A stretch of DNA of 64,000 bases from Octopus vulgaris (taxonomy: Eukaryota), in assembly GCA_951406725.2 (NCBI GenBank), contig OX597814.1, forward strand, positions 8,928,001 to 8,992,000. Direction: 5' to 3'. Position numbers and translations under genes: made by a program. Under the pieces are notes generated by a model, which did no database searches, was not told the DNA's origin, and was given only the letters and a program-made list of their open reading frames with translations. Numbering within the stretch: position 1 is the first letter of the stretch; each line of letters starts with the position of its first letter. Of this stretch, positions 22,817 to 36,599 are shown one piece after another.

Positions 22817-25800
22817 TGTTGTAAACCAATGCTAGACTGTTATAACATCCACTCCGGTACAGTTGTATAGTTAGTTGGACAAGTAAAGACAGGCCTATCT
22901 ATGACTGACTATTCCAACTGCTTGATGTCACAGTATTTGTAATGATTAGCACATACCACTCATCATGTGGGAAGGGTGTTCCATTATTGCCATTATCCTC
23001 ATAACACCTCCCTTTTTAAGTTTTCTTTTTTTTATCTTAGGGAATGTAATTTTATTTATTAACAATCATTTTTACATCACTCCATCTACCTTTTTTGAGT
23101 TTTATTTTTCATACAGTTACATATTTATAATTCTTTTGCATTTGGCATTCACTTTCAGGAACTCCCTATATTTTCTTTTCCTTATACTTGTGCATCTAGG
23201 TTCAATTGTTTGTAGTGGCATTGGTACTTGAAAAGCATCATAGAACCATTCTATTGGTTCTTCCATTCTCTTGGGTTCATTCTCAACGAATCTTTTTTTT
23301 TTAGTTGATTCACATGTCTCTTGTATACCATTTTCCTTCCTTTTAGAGCAAGTATAGCATTGTTCCAATGCGTTTGGTAATCAAGCCATCTTCCCAACTT
23401 TGTTTTCTGATCTTATATGCCCTAACAAATACATCTTCACCAATTTTGTTAAATGTTTTGCTGTATTTTCCATTGCAATTTTCCTTTTCTTGCCAGATAG
23501 TAATTTGTCAAAGACTGATTTGATTTTCCTCACAAACATCTGCTCCACTGCTGACATACCTGCTGGTGTGTTTGGATCTGATGTCACACGGTATACTCCT
23601 AAGAATTGTTGTAAAACTATCTCATCCTTGACTTCCTTATTCAACTTTCTTAGGCCTCTTTTGAATGTATCAAATTCTGCTTATCTATTAAATCTGGGAT
23701 GGTATGGCACAGTAGTTACATGTTCTACGGGGAACATTTTACAAAACTTTTAAATTCAAGACATGAATTGCATTCCATTGTCAGACACTGTTGTGTCTGG
23801 AATGCCAAATCTCGCAAACAGCTCATGTAGAAAGTTTGTTGTAGTTGAGGAGGTTGGCTTTTTACACTTACAAATTTTTGACCATTTACAGAAACTATTT
23901 ACTACCACTAAGTAGTGTGAACCGTTTCAGGGACCAACGAAATCAATGTGTAATCTTGACCAGGGGACATCTACTTTTGGCCAAGGTTCACTTTTTATTG
24001 TCGGTAATTTTGCTGCTAGGGCACATCCTCTGCAACCTTACACTAAATTTTCAATTTCTCTATTTTGTAGCATGGTTTCTGTACATGACACCTTGGTGTC
24101 ATGCACTGATAACAGTGTGATACACGTAACGCAGTAGACATCAACTGTCTCCACTTGATGTAATCCCAAATACTCTGCCAACAACTGTAACCAATCCAAA
24201 ACAACTCTCAACGAACTATAACAACTTCTCAACAATTTCCTGCAAATCCATGAACTCATGAACGACACCTTTCGACTTCCTGCGATTTCTCATCTCTTGC
24301 TCTCAGTCAAACACGCTGCTACTTATATGAGTTTGGCCAGTCCATTCTCACAGGAGGTGTCATGATTCTCGCCATAACACTCTATCCATTTTTGGCCAGT
24401 ACACGTAGCTATACATTAAAGTTTTCATCCTTGAAATACCAGGATGTCCAACATGGAATTCCCTCAACATTTTCTTTTGCAATGCTTCCCGTATTACTAC
24501 TCTCTGGGCATACAATTTATACACCATCACAAACTGAGTATAGGTTTACATCTTGCTTTTGGTTCACACCAATCCTGTTCCTATTTACTCCTTCCTGTCT
24601 ACAGTATTATTTTCATTTCTGTTATGAATTTCCACATTTCATTTTATGTCTTCTAGTGTCACCAGTAATTCACTTAACAATCCCACAATACATTTTTTAT
24701 TTCTTCTTCTGCTGTTAAATGGCTCACAGTGTTTCAGTGTCCTTCTAGACAAACCATCCACATTCCATAGTTTTTTCATGGTAAATATTCCATTTTGTAG
24801 TCATACTTCAATTATGAAATGCCCCACAGCTGTTATCTATTCACTGAGTGTGTTGGAATTACTTTTTTTAGAACCATATATTGAGAGTAGTGGGCGATGA
24901 TCCATTTGTAGAGAGAAACTTCTTTCATGAATTAATCTTTGGAATTTTTTCACACTGAATATGATTGCTAACACTTCTTTTTCTATCTGACTATAGTTCC
25001 TCTCAGGTGGTAATAAGAATTGTGATGCATGGGCTACAACCTTTTTACTCCCATCATCATATTTGTACAGAATCACTACTTCTACACCTTAATCACTCAC
25101 ATCTGTCACCAATGAAATATCCAGCCTCAGATCAAAATGCGTTAACAATAAGTTTGATGTTAAAATGTCCTTTAATTTGTCAAATGCATTCTGGCATTTA
25201 TCAGTCCTGCACCATTTCAAATTTTTCTTTAACAAATCATTTAGTGGGGCCCTTACATTGTGTATATTGGGAATATAAATTTGATAATAATTTACTAATC
25301 CTAAAAATGCCTCCAAGTGGTTTGATTTTGAAGAGAATTTCCCTCCATTTAATTTTGCAAACACTTCCTCAGGACTTGGCAATGGGTAGTTATGTGAGAT
25401 TAAGCAATTATTCAACCCCATTGAAAAATCTGAACAAACTTTTAACTTATTTTTTTTTTTTACATACAAAGTAGGTGCTGACCAATCTAAGTGGTCTGTC
25501 TTCTTGATTATTCTTAGGATTTCAAGTCTTTCAAATTCCTTCTTTACCTGTTCTAGTATCCAATTTTTCCACAATGGAAAAATTCTATTTCCTTAAATGG
25601 GTTTGTTTCCTGATTTTCACCCTGTCTGTTTTGTATTCTAGTACACACTTGGTTTCTATTCTGCCTGTTTCACACTTGTTTCACTTGGGAGCAATCATTA
25701 TGCTCAATTCTGTGTTGTGTCTTAAATTTACTATTCTTTCCCATTCTTCTGACACTTGTAAGTTGACAACTTGGTTTTGTTCCAGCTTAGCGAGAATTCT

Positions 25801-26388
25801 TGTTCTTAATTCTGCATTAATTTCTGCAGTTAGTCCCTGAGTAAATATCAGGCACTTGAACATGTCTGGCATTAATTTGTCCAGCTTGAACTTTTCACTT
25901 TCCCTATTAACTCAACCAGCATATGTGATGTAGTCCTCCTTGTTGTTCTAGGATCAAGCATTTCCACCATGTATCGAACAACGAGATTTTATTGCTAAAA
26001 ATTTTACACAATATGTCTATTGTATTTTTGAAGTTTATGTCAGAAGGTTTTTTTTCAGAAGTACAATATTTGCTGTAATGCTCATTTTCTCCTGTTGCCA
26101 GTTTTCTTAAGATTAGACGTGTTTTCATATTGTCGTCCCAAACTTTGCCCTCTTTATTGAAGATCTGTTCATATTTTCTATAGTAGGCCTTGAAGGTAAC
26201 TCCTTCATCTGGTTCATACTTAAATTCCGTTTCTTAGTTTGCAACATAATCTGGCGAGAACGTCTTCTCAGCCTTTTTAAAATGACTTACTGTTCTTTAA
26301 TTGTAGCATTTGCTGCTGTAATAATTTCTTAATGTCACAGTATTTGCAACAACTAGCATGTACCACTTGTCACGTGGGAGGGGTGTTC

Positions 26389-26422
<34 letters not shown>

Positions 26423-26431
26423 CCCATAACA
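22817..26431 (-). mobile_element. Degenerate Ty3/gypsy LTR retrotransposon
   Basis: 3' LTR 22817-23006 (TG..CA) with polypurine tract; partial 5' LTR 26331-26431; ATAAA TSD on both sides. Gag, RT, RNase H (ERNYSQIEKEVL) and integrase (GHPGISRMK, HIDFVGP) remnants. Confidence 0.88.
24063..24379 (-). mobile_element. Solo LTR inserted in the gypsy integrase
   Basis: CTCTA TSD (24058-24062 and 24380-24384). Removing it restores YWPKMDREIENLV. Shares ccagtccattctc with LTR 44411-44691. Confidence 0.78.
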
Positions 26432-27146
26432 ATAAATAAGCAGAAAGCTTGACAGATTAATCTGAATGCTAAAGAGTTAAGGAATGCTCTGAATTATAAA
26501 GATGAAAGTGCTAGAAGAAAGAAGAAATGTTTCAGAGTCTGTAATGAGAAATGGTAAATAAAATGGAGAGGTGAAACAACAGACAAAAGAAAAAATCACA
26601 CCAACCGAATATATAATCCTGTGTGGAAAGTCCTTTGAAGAATTTTATTGATTTGAAAATTTTAGTTTGATGTGTTCAATATTATGAGAGTATCATTACT
26701 CAACATATTTGTTTTATATTGAAACTATAATTAAAAGTAAAAGACAGGCAGACTTGTGCATGTGTTTATCATTGGCACAATGACCCTCCCAAGATGCACA
26801 AAATATATTTTGGTTTAGAATTAAACTATATATTTATTTTATTATTCAGTAATATGCATTTACAAGGTAAAAACTCAGTTTTCTTTTCATTTTAGATAGA
26901 AATTTGTAACAAGTTCCCCCATCAATCAAACAAAGATGGTAAAATATTCCATTTACTTTCCCTCTTTCCAATGTTTAGAAACTGAAGGAACGGTCAAATA
27001 CTGGAATCAGTTTCACTGATAAAACATCATCTCTAATATTTCTGATTTCCTGCCTGATAACCATCATTCCTGACAAATTTCTTCCTTTCCTGATAAATGT
27101 GAGAAACCAAAAGGCAAAATCTGGGAAGAAATAAAAGATATAAATA

Positions 27147-27537
27147 GGTGCAGACAAGGCTGTGTGCTAAGAAGTTTGCTTCCCAACCACATGGTTCTGG
27201 GTTCAGTCCCACTGCATGGCACCTTGGGTGAGAATCTTCTATTGTAGCCTCAGTTCAACCAAGGCATTGTTAGTGGATTTGGTAGATGGAAACTGAAAGA
27301 AGCCCAGTATGTGTGTGTTTGTGTCTATTTGTTACCTGCCACTGCTTGATGACTGGTATCAGTGTGTTTATGTTCCTGTAACTTAACAGATCAGCAAAAT
27401 GGAGTGATAAAATAAGTTTCTAGGTTTTAAAAAGTAGGAACCACTAGGGTCGATTCTTTTGACACAAAAAGATCCTCAAGGTGGTGCCCCAGCATGGCCT
27501 GAGTCATTAGATTAAAACAATTAAAACACAAAAGATA
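27147..27537 (+). mobile_element. tRNA-head SINE
   Basis: Same head as 21777. Confidence 0.75.
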
Positions 27538-27607
27538 TACCAATCCTATTAACAAAACAAAATTCAAGAAATCTTTTTCGGAACAAATCAAACTTGAAGA
27601 AACTTAC

Positions 27608-27844
27608 CAATTTCATTTTACGCAATACACAAGAAAAGTTCCAGGTTTTCTTCCAGGGAAGACGTGTACAATTTCTAATTTCCCGTTCTCTTCCAAAAAA
27701 TCAATTAACATTTTTTCCGACATGTCTTTGGGGCCATTTGACACAATCATTGCATCTTCTTGCCAGACTAGATTTTTATACCAGTCCACATGAAGTTTAT
27801 GTTTGCTTACATTATGGACCTTCTTTGGACAACATTTTCTGCAT
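27608..27844 (-). pseudogene. PARP14-type RRM exon with two apparent compensating frameshifts
   Basis: ttttcAG acceptor and GTAAGT donor, 237 nt. The phase-1 frame reads DAENVVQRRSIM*. The RRM-like text (KVHNVSKHKLHV..IVSNGPKDMSEKMLIDFLEE..TFLVYC) is in another frame that stops 5 nt before the donor. Confidence 0.65.
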
Positions 27845-28499
27845 CTGAAAATCAAAACAGCAGAAGAAATTGAGAAAATGTCATTATTTATGAGTGGAGG
27901 GCATGGTTGTGTTGGTGTAGAACCAGGTCAGAGTCATTCCGACCATAAACACCCCCAAGTGTCCTTCCTTCTTTAAGATATTAGGTGGTACATGAAGAAG
28001 ATTTAACTGCCTTTTCTAGCAGATCAAGTTGTCACTTAGAGGCCTCATTGTTTGCACTATAGCCGAGAGGATTATGAGGTTCCCTGTACAATTAATTGGT
28101 TCTAGTTCAATCCCACTGTCCAACAGCACCTTGAGCAAGTATCTCCTACCACAGCCTCAAGATGACCAGAGCCTTGTGACTGATATTTGGAAGAGAGAAA
28201 CTGTGGACATCATAGGATTTGTGTGTGTGTGTGTGTGGGGGTGTGAGGTATCGCCAAAAGGCAATACTTGGAGGAGGCAGTACTCAATGAAAAGCTTTAT
28301 AACTAGCAGACCATTATGCAAATAGAGAAAGATTCTTCGGATTTGAGGTGACCTGTTGTCATTAAACATCAAGGCAACATCCCTGCTGATTAATATAGAA
28401 TGCAATAATTATGATGATGATGATGATTTCTTTTATTTGCCACAGGGGCGTAAGTGAGGGGCATTACTCGGACATTTTACAATCTGTGTGTGTGTGTGG

Positions 28500-29720
28500 G
28501 GGTCACATAAAGGATGAAGGGAAAGAAAGCACCAATCAATGAACCCCACAGATCCAGGATCACCCTGACCATGAAGGGCACGAGTCCTCACTCCACTGTT
28601 GCCCTCCACTCACCAGGTGCATGCCTAAAGGAGCTTCATTCACCCTAATCATTCTTACCAGTCAGCCACCTTCCCTCTCCACCCTCAATTTCTTTTCCAA
28701 ATGGAACTTTAAAAAAAAAAGGGATCTGGGTTTAACTGAAGTGGAAGGTGTCTTTCCTTAATTTTTTTCGGCCTCGTCCACCACACAAGCCCTTTCTCTA
28801 GGGAGAGAAACATCATCTGCCCTGCTTTGTTAAAGGTCAGTGATGGGGCAATCCTCAGAACAGACTCAACTCATAGCCAGATCCTTCCTACATGTGCCAA
28901 CAGCTGTTCAACATGACTCTGCAGATCAGAAATGCTTGGACACTGTACGAGGGCATCTCAGCCAGTCCCATCCATAGAGTTTATGCCAGCGCTGCTCCTC
29001 GGTAGCCAGACCAAGAATTTCTGGAAACTACCTGTGTTAATTCCTGGCCTGAATGTCCTCCAAAGCAGACCAGATGCTTCATACTGGTCAACACCTAATG
29101 TTTTCCTGAGAATGTCATTGCTCTTAGCCAACAATAGATTTCTATATATTGCTAACATAGAACTTCCATGACCACAATACTTGATTGCCAGTGAATGCCA
29201 GATGACATTCCAGATGCCATAACTCTAATCCTGGTCTTTTTTTTCTTGATCCCAGACTGCAGCTTCCATCCATCCCCCCACTTTTTCATGCTAGCATAAG
29301 TTAAACGGAGACTTTAATTTACAAAGGATTTCACAGAACAATATTCGGAGAGAGGGATCATGTGTTTCTCTATCCATATTTCATGCCTCCATTTCCTGTA
29401 TCCTAGTTTGGTAGACTCACTTCTGCCATAACATTCCATTGTGGCCCTTTTGTCATTCTGAGATCATCTTCTTCTCAACTTTGCAGAAGTATTCGAATAA
29501 ACGACCAAGCCCACCTGGATGTACAGTAGGTCGCAAAAGGCTTTTACTTGGGGATTCAGTGTTGTGATGATAATTTTTATTTGGCATTTCACTCATAAAG
29601 AGGACTGTGGTGTTACAACCAAAAGCAACCATCTCTAAGGCAAAAGAGACCTTCCTCTCGTTGTCGTAGACCTAACCCAATAAAGGGGACCTCTCTATCT
29701 TCTCTGGTCTCGGCAGGTAC
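28500..29720 (-). mobile_element. Probable L1/Tx1-like LINE 3' remnant
   Basis: Decayed ORF pieces (..WRTFRPG..FQKFLVW..ALVQCPSISDL..VEQLL) resembling a Tx1-type C-terminus. Confidence 0.4.
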
Positions 29721-29787
29721 ACATTATCATTACTGCTACTATCATAGTGTACAACGATATGACAATAACAATGCTGTCTTCAGCAGC

Positions 29788-29820
<33 letters not shown>

Positions 29821-30259
29821 GAAATACTGTCTGGATGGTCATTGATTCAAACTGAGACCCTCCACCATTTGCCTGGTTTCGGTTTTTGTCCTGCAGGGTG
29901 ATCAAATACAAAGAAAAACATTCATCTCACAAAGTATCCACTGTGAGGTTGCTGGGTTTGTCCCTGATGGCCTGTCCTTCATGGATATTGACCAATTTCT
30001 GGCCTGCCACCATGGCTGCACTGGTGGTGGTGGTGGAGACACAAATGAACAATGCTGAGAGCAATGAGGGGAAGAACAAAAAGAATATGTTTAAGGAAAA
30101 AAGCAGGGGGTTCATAAGGTGACCCGAGTACTGCTGACACTGATGAAGTGGAGGGAACTGGATGATTATATTGGGGTCAGGGACAAGCGGTGAACTCCAC
30201 CATACAGAGGGTATGCCAAGAAATTGCAATACTGTTACCATCATTATTATTATTATTAC

Positions 30260-32853
30260 TATTAAGACAAGACAAAGAGCACGATGCGATAGCAATAGAT
30301 ATTTTATTGGTTGAATGATATTTCAATAGTAATCCTGTCTTTGTCGAGTTCAAAATAAGAAGTGATAAAAATTCAAAATTATAGAAATTTAAATTTGAAG
30401 TATGAACGAGAGAAACCAGCACCCACACGTTTATGGAATGACATCATCAGTCTTTAAGCTTCAATTTTATAACAGGTGAAAAGAAAGAGACAGCAAAAAA
30501 GAGGAAAGAAAAAAGAAAAGGAGAAAGAAGATTATTTAATCAAACAGTTTTGTATAAATTTGATGAAATTCTCCTATCATTTTATTCATTCCTCCAGGGC
30601 GGGATGTTAATAACCCACAAACATATTTCTCCTCATGCATTTTGAGAAGTGAAAGTGTAACAGATTTAGAATATTTTCTGAGAATATGCACTTTCAAGTC
30701 TTCCTCAAAATTGCAGCCATTTGAAGCAAAATGTTCAGCAAATTCTGTCCACCTACTCTTATTGTGCCTGATGTCATATCTGTGTCCATTAAACCTTTTG
30801 TTTAATTGTTCTGTTGTACAACCAACATAAATCAAGTTGTGTTTCATGCATTCTGCCGCGTACACCAAATGGGAATCTCTACATGTCCCACCTTCTGAAT
30901 AAATCCTAACATTTCTGATATGATTCCTGACTTGACTCATGTTGTCACACAGTGAAGAGGGCTTAGCTCTCTTGCAGCTGTTTTTCAAGGTACAGTAGAA
31001 ACTCCAATGTTAGTTTTCTTGGAATCAGAAGTAGAGCTCGATAATTCTCTTACATTCTTATTCTGTCTAAAGGCGACAATAGATGGCTGAGAAAATCATC
31101 ATCATCATTTAATGTCCATTTCCATGCTAGCATGGGCTGGACAGTTCGACCAGGGTCTGGGAAGCCATGGAGGCTGCACCAGGCTCCAGTCTGATCTGGC
31201 AGTGTTTCTACAGCTGAATGCCCTTCCTCATGCCAACCAGTCCGTGAGTGTAGTGGGTGTATTTTACGTGCCACTGACACAGGTGCCAGGGCAGGCTGGC
31301 AACGCCCATGATCAGTTGCTGTATTTTATGTGCCACCTGCACGGAAGCCAATTAAGGCAGCACTGGCATCGGCAACATTTGCCAGGTCTTGCCAGTTACA
31401 GCATACCGCCAGAGGCCTCAGTCTTTCATCATTGCCTCTGTGAGGCTCAACATTCAAAGGTCATGCTTAACCACCTCATCTTATGTCTTCCTGGGTCTCC
31501 CTCTACCTTGGATTCTTTCCACTGTTTGGCAGTGGCACTTCTTCAAACATCTCTCCTCATCCATCCGTAGTACATGACCATACCAGTGCAATTGTCTCTC
31601 TTGCACGCCACATCAGATGCTTCTTATGTCCAGCATTTCTCTCAGGGCGCTTACACTCTGTCATATGTGTACACTGACATTACACATCCAGCGGATCATA
31701 CTAGCTTCATTTCTTTTGAATTTACACATGTTCTCCGCAGTCACAGCCCATGTTTCACTGTCGTGAAGCATGGCAGTTCACAAACATGCATCGTACAATC
31801 TACCTTTCACTCTGAGCAAGAGGCCCTTTGTTGCCAGTAGGGAAGAAGCTTTCTAAACTTTGCCCAGGCTATTCTTATTCTAGTGGTGACACTCTCTGAG
31901 AATCCACCCCCGCTACTAACTTGGTCACCAATGTAGCAGAAACTATCAACTACTTCTAGTTCCTCCCCAAGGAGTGTAATGGAATCTGTTTTCTGAGTAT
32001 CAATGGTGTCTATTGCACCAGTGCATCAGCCGCACACGAAAGCTATCTTCTCGGTTAATTTTCCTTTGATGTTGCTGCACCTCTTATGTGTCCATAGCTT
32101 ACACTGGGTACATCTTATGGAGTTTCTACCTACACCTTTTCTACAGATTGAGCAGGGCCACCTACCTGAAGGGGTGTGTGATGTGTTCACCTTCCTACTT
32201 ACTAGAACTTTGGTCTTTGCTACATTGACTCTAAGGCCTTTTGATTCTAAACCTAGCTTCCACACACGAAATTTCTTTTCTAGTTCCAGTAGTGATTCTG
32301 ATATGAGATCATCAACATAGAGGATCTCCCAGGGGCATCCCATCATGAATTCCTCTGTTATTGCTTGGAGGACTATAATGAATAAAAGGGGACTGAGGGC
32401 TGAACCTTGGTGGACCCCTACTTCTACCCAGAATTCTTCACTATACTCGTTGCCAATCCTAACCTTACTAACGGCCCCTCCGTATAGGGCCTGTACAGCC
32501 CTTATTAACCATTCATCAATCTCTAGTTTCCGCATCACCCACCAGATAAGGGATTGGGGGATCCTGTCAAAGGCTTTCTCCAAATTTGTTTGAAAGGAGG
32601 ATATTTTTGCGCCACATGCTGGTAACTTTCTTTCAACACTTTTGAAATGCCAGTGAAATTTCGATGCTAGTTAATCACTAAAGGAATTTTGTCACACATT
32701 GTATTGTGTTTGCTAAAATTATGCATGAAGGTTTGACTATCTTTGCTAAGCTTAGCTATTTCATTTGCTATTTCCTTTAATCATGATGATTCACTATAAC
32801 CGCAGTTGACATAATGATGTACAAAAGCATTTGCATGTTTCCAGTAATCCCCT
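30260..32853 (-). mobile_element. Penelope-like element (family 2), inverted arm, split by an RTE insertion
   Basis: GIY-YIG ORF 30536-30988 (LVYAAECMKHNLIYVGCTTEQLNKRFNGH). 30260-31075 and 32583-32853 are reverse complements of 36960-37995. Confidence 0.88.
31095..32582 (-). mobile_element. RTE LINE, 5'-truncated
   Basis: EKAFDR..GVHQGSALSPLLF..LYVDDL, Cys-rich insert, (GAT)n tail. Confidence 0.9.
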
Positions 32854-32854
32854 A

Positions 32855-33445
32855 TCATCATCATCGTTTAATGTCTGCTTTCCATGCTAGCATGGGCTGG
32901 ATGATTTAACTGAGGACTAGTGAGCCAGATGGCTGCACTAGGTTCCAATCTGATCTGGCAGAGTTTCTATTGTTCGATGCCCTTCCTAACGCTAACCACT
33001 CCGAGAGTTTAGTGGGTGCTTTTATGTTCCACCAGCACGAGAGCCAGTCAAGTGGTACTGGCAACGACCTCGCTCAAATAGTGCTTTTCATGTGCCACTT
33101 GCACAGGAGCCAGTCCAGCGACACTGGCAACGACCTCGCTCAAATGTTTTTTTCATGTGCCACCAGCACAAATGCTAGTAAGGCAATGCAGGTAACGACC
33201 ATGCTCGAATGGTGTTTTTAATCTGCCATTGGCACGGAGGCCAGCTTGTTGCTCTGGCAACAATTTCACTCATATGGTACTCTTAGCTCTCCACTAGCAT
33301 AGGATGCCAGTCATCGAATTTGATTTCGATTTCGATTTCACTTGCCTCAACAGGTCTTCGCAAGCAGAGTTTAGTGTCCAATGAAGGAAAGGCATGCATA
33401 AGTGGACTGGTTACACCCCTGGCCTATGCCAGGGGTGTAACCAGT
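32855..33445 (-). mobile_element. RTE 3' UTR fragment
   Basis: Highly similar to 50657-51200 and to the reverse complement of 48070-48600. Confidence 0.85.
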
Positions 33446-33480
33446 TATAGTTATAGCCACATTGCTGTAGTTGATGTGTG

Positions 33481-36439
33481 CACTGCAAAAAAATAAATTT
33501 ACGGTAATGTATCATAGTATTCCTCTGGTTATACGGCCTATTGCACATGGAGCTGACTTTCCAGTTCCTTTCACTCACTTGGTTTGAAGAATGTTACATT
33601 AAACAGTGATGAAGAAGCCAAATGAGAAGAAGGTGAATACTACTCTTGTGACTAAATCAAAAGTCTGTAGTTATTTACATAGCAAGAGCTCCTTGATTTG
33701 GTGAGATCTGAACCTATCAAAGGGTGCAGTGGAAATTCTTGGTTCTAGGCTAAAAATGAGAAAGCTTTCATTACCGGGAACCTTCGTTTCTTGAAACCAT
33801 CTCAGGAAACATGAGTTGTTACCATTCTTTGCTGAGGATGGAACAATGGTGTTTTGTTGCTAAGCTATTTTGAGATCAAGAGTAATCCCCCAGAATGGAG
33901 GCTGTTCATGGATTCCTCCAAAAGGAGTTAGAAGGTTGTCTTCCTACACAATGGAAATAAGTATTCCACCATTCTGTACAACTACAGGAGACATATGAAA
34001 ATATAAAAAAAGTCTTTTGTTGAATATAAAATATGCAGAATACCACTGGCAAGTGTGTAGAGACTTCAAAATAATAGAGCAGAGGTAGTTCAGAGAGCTG
34101 CTACCTCTGTTGGCAACAAAAGGGCTCTCTCTCTCCCAAAGTGAAAGGTAGACTATATGGTGCTTGTGTGCACATAGCAGTGCAACATGGGCTCTGAATG
34201 TAGAAGACATGCATAGACTGGAGAGAAATGAAGGAATTATGCTCCATTGGATGTGCGACATCAGTGTGCACATACAACAAATTACAAATGTGCTGAGGGA
34301 AAAGTTGGGCATAAGAGGAACCAGATGCAGCATGCAAAAAAGAAGACTGTGCTGGTTTGGACACTGATGCATATGAATGAGGACAGTTGTATAAAGAAGT
34401 GCTGATCATTGAACGTGGAGGATACCTGTGGAAGAGAGAGATCCAGGAAGACATGGGATGGAGTGGTGAGGACCTATCTCAGGATGGTGGGCCTCATGGA
34501 AGAAATGACAAAGGACCAAGATGTCTGGCCTTATGAGGTTCTTGTGTATCCCACCTACATATAACTACAAAAGCTTTGCACATCTTACTTCAACGAACCA
34601 ATCTACATCTCCACATCTCCTCTTCCTCACATTTCCTCCTCCGTACATTATACCTGGCTCTCACTCCCCAATCCTGCCCTCACAGCCCTGTTCCTCTGTA
34701 TCATTGCTATCTGGTAGCTCCTTGACTCTATATATACCCAGTTTTCACCACGCACTTCCCCTCTGCACTCCCTAATCACACTCTTTTGGCAATATCTTGC
34801 CACTTATATTGTGGCGTTCGAACTTCAAGGGTATGCCCTGGCACTTGCCACCATCTATATCTCTCTCTTCCTTTACTCAACCATCCCATTTATATTCTGA
34901 TCCCCGTTCCTTTCGAGTATGTCTTTGCCATCATTTCCATCATTTCTTCTCCTACACTTTCCTCAGGTTGGGTAACTATGTATCTCCTCTGTGACTGCAC
35001 ATTCTTGATATCACTCTCTCTCTCTCCCTCTCTCTGGTTGGGTAACCTTGTACCTCCTTCACAGCAAGACCCCTGTTTCTCTATCTCTGTCTCACTATAA
35101 CTTTTCATCATCCGACACAAGATCACCTCCTCCAATGTCCCCTCCCTCTCAAAAGATTTTAGTCTTGCAAGGTAGTTGCTGACCCTGTCAGTGCAGGTGC
35201 CAATTAAAAAGCATGCAGTCCACACTGTAAAGTGGTTAACATTCAGAAGGGCATCCAGCTGTAAAAACCTTGCCAAAACTCACCCTACCTGTGCTTCTGC
35301 CATACAAAAAGCATCAAGTCGTCTGCAGGGTGGTTGGTGTTAGGAAGGGCATCCAGCTGTAAAAACCTTGCCAAAAGAGAAACAGAAGTCTGGTGCAGAG
35401 TTCTGTCAAATTGTTCCACCCATGCCAGCATGGAAGGCAGACATTAAATGATGATGATGATGATGAGACATACTTTTAGTCCATCAGGTAGACTACACAA
35501 AAATGTCCTGCTCCTTATGTGAATAGGACAGCAGAGCCAAAGAAAAGCACTAGATGATTATAAAGTAACCACAAAGAAGTTTGTTACCTGGATCCAAAAA
35601 CATTTTGCACAAGCCCTTGATTGAACTAACCAAAGTATTGCCACCACTCTTGCACATCAAACTAGATTTGGTGAAACAGTTCATTAAATCTTTGCCTGTA
35701 GATGAAATGTTCTTGCAGTATCTCAGCAATATTTGTTGGTCCCCATATTCATAAAGTGATGAAAGACCCAGATTATGAGAAACCCATGAATGAATCTCAA
35801 AAACAGCAATGGGTCAGCTTCAAATGTGTTGTCAAGAACTTTTTGGGAAACAATAAGCTTTCGAATTACAAAGTCATAGTTGATACCATGTTGCAAAACT
35901 TCAAAAAAGCTTGGATGCAACATGAGTGTTAAAATGCACTTTCTTCACTCACACCTCAACTCTTTCCCAGAGAGCCTTGGCAATCTAAGTGGACTGCAGT
36001 GAGAGATTTCATCAGAACATTAAAGAAATGGATTGGAGGTACCAGTGAGGGTGGGGGTGGAATGTAAACATGTTGGTGGATTACTGCTGGACCTTAAAGA
36101 GAGAGTGAAAGCGACTACCAAGAGCTGGAATGAAATCAAAGAAAAGGAATTTTGAAAAGGAGTAAAATTGCTTTAAAGCCATAGCAGGTATATAAAAAAA
36201 TATATACATAGTCAAGATGTAGGCCTACATACACTATTCATATCGTTTTTATTATTGTTCTCATCATTTGTTCTTAATCGCCTAAAAGTCTGTTACAAAA
36301 GGGAATGAATGATAAGAAAAATCATCATATCTTTGGCAGCTATTTGTGCAAAATCTGTACATGATAGGCAAAAACTAAAACATATTTGAAATCAGCATTA
36401 AGTTGTCACTTTTTCTCATTAATTTCTTTTGTTCCTGTG
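33481..36439 (+). mobile_element. Chapaev3-like (CMC) DNA transposon, decayed and interrupted by RTE
   Basis: Imperfect TIRs CACTGCAAAAAAATAAATT / CACAGGAACAAAAGAAATT (15/19). Transposase remnants WRLFMDSSKRS..LHNGN, LHIKL.LVKQFIKSL, IFVGP.I, GCNMSVKMHFLHSHL, ERFHQNIKEM. Family name from recall. Confidence 0.65.
34075..35466 (+). mobile_element. RTE LINE 3' portion with long 3' UTR
   Basis: FRELLPLL..TWALNVEDM..RRLCWFGH; ends in (GAT)n; similar to 60130-61440. Confidence 0.85.
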
Positions 36440-36599
36440 ATGGTGAAATGGGATGACAGAAGCAAGGCAAAATTGCTCTCCTAGGCCTCACATGCACTAT
36501 TGTTGATGTTGTTGTTGCTTTTAAGACTTGGCTGTTCTCTCTTCTGGGGGACCAGCTCTTCTTTTCAATGGATGAACAATTCTCGTTCCCCACCCTTGT

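Noticed and set aside
26606-26724. Possible extra minus-strand exon with AG/GT-like ends
   Set aside because: All three frames contain stops and there is no recognisable motif.
29820-30240. Block between TAA tracts, possibly a LINE 5' end
   Set aside because: No diagnostic motif; cannot be assigned from sequence alone.
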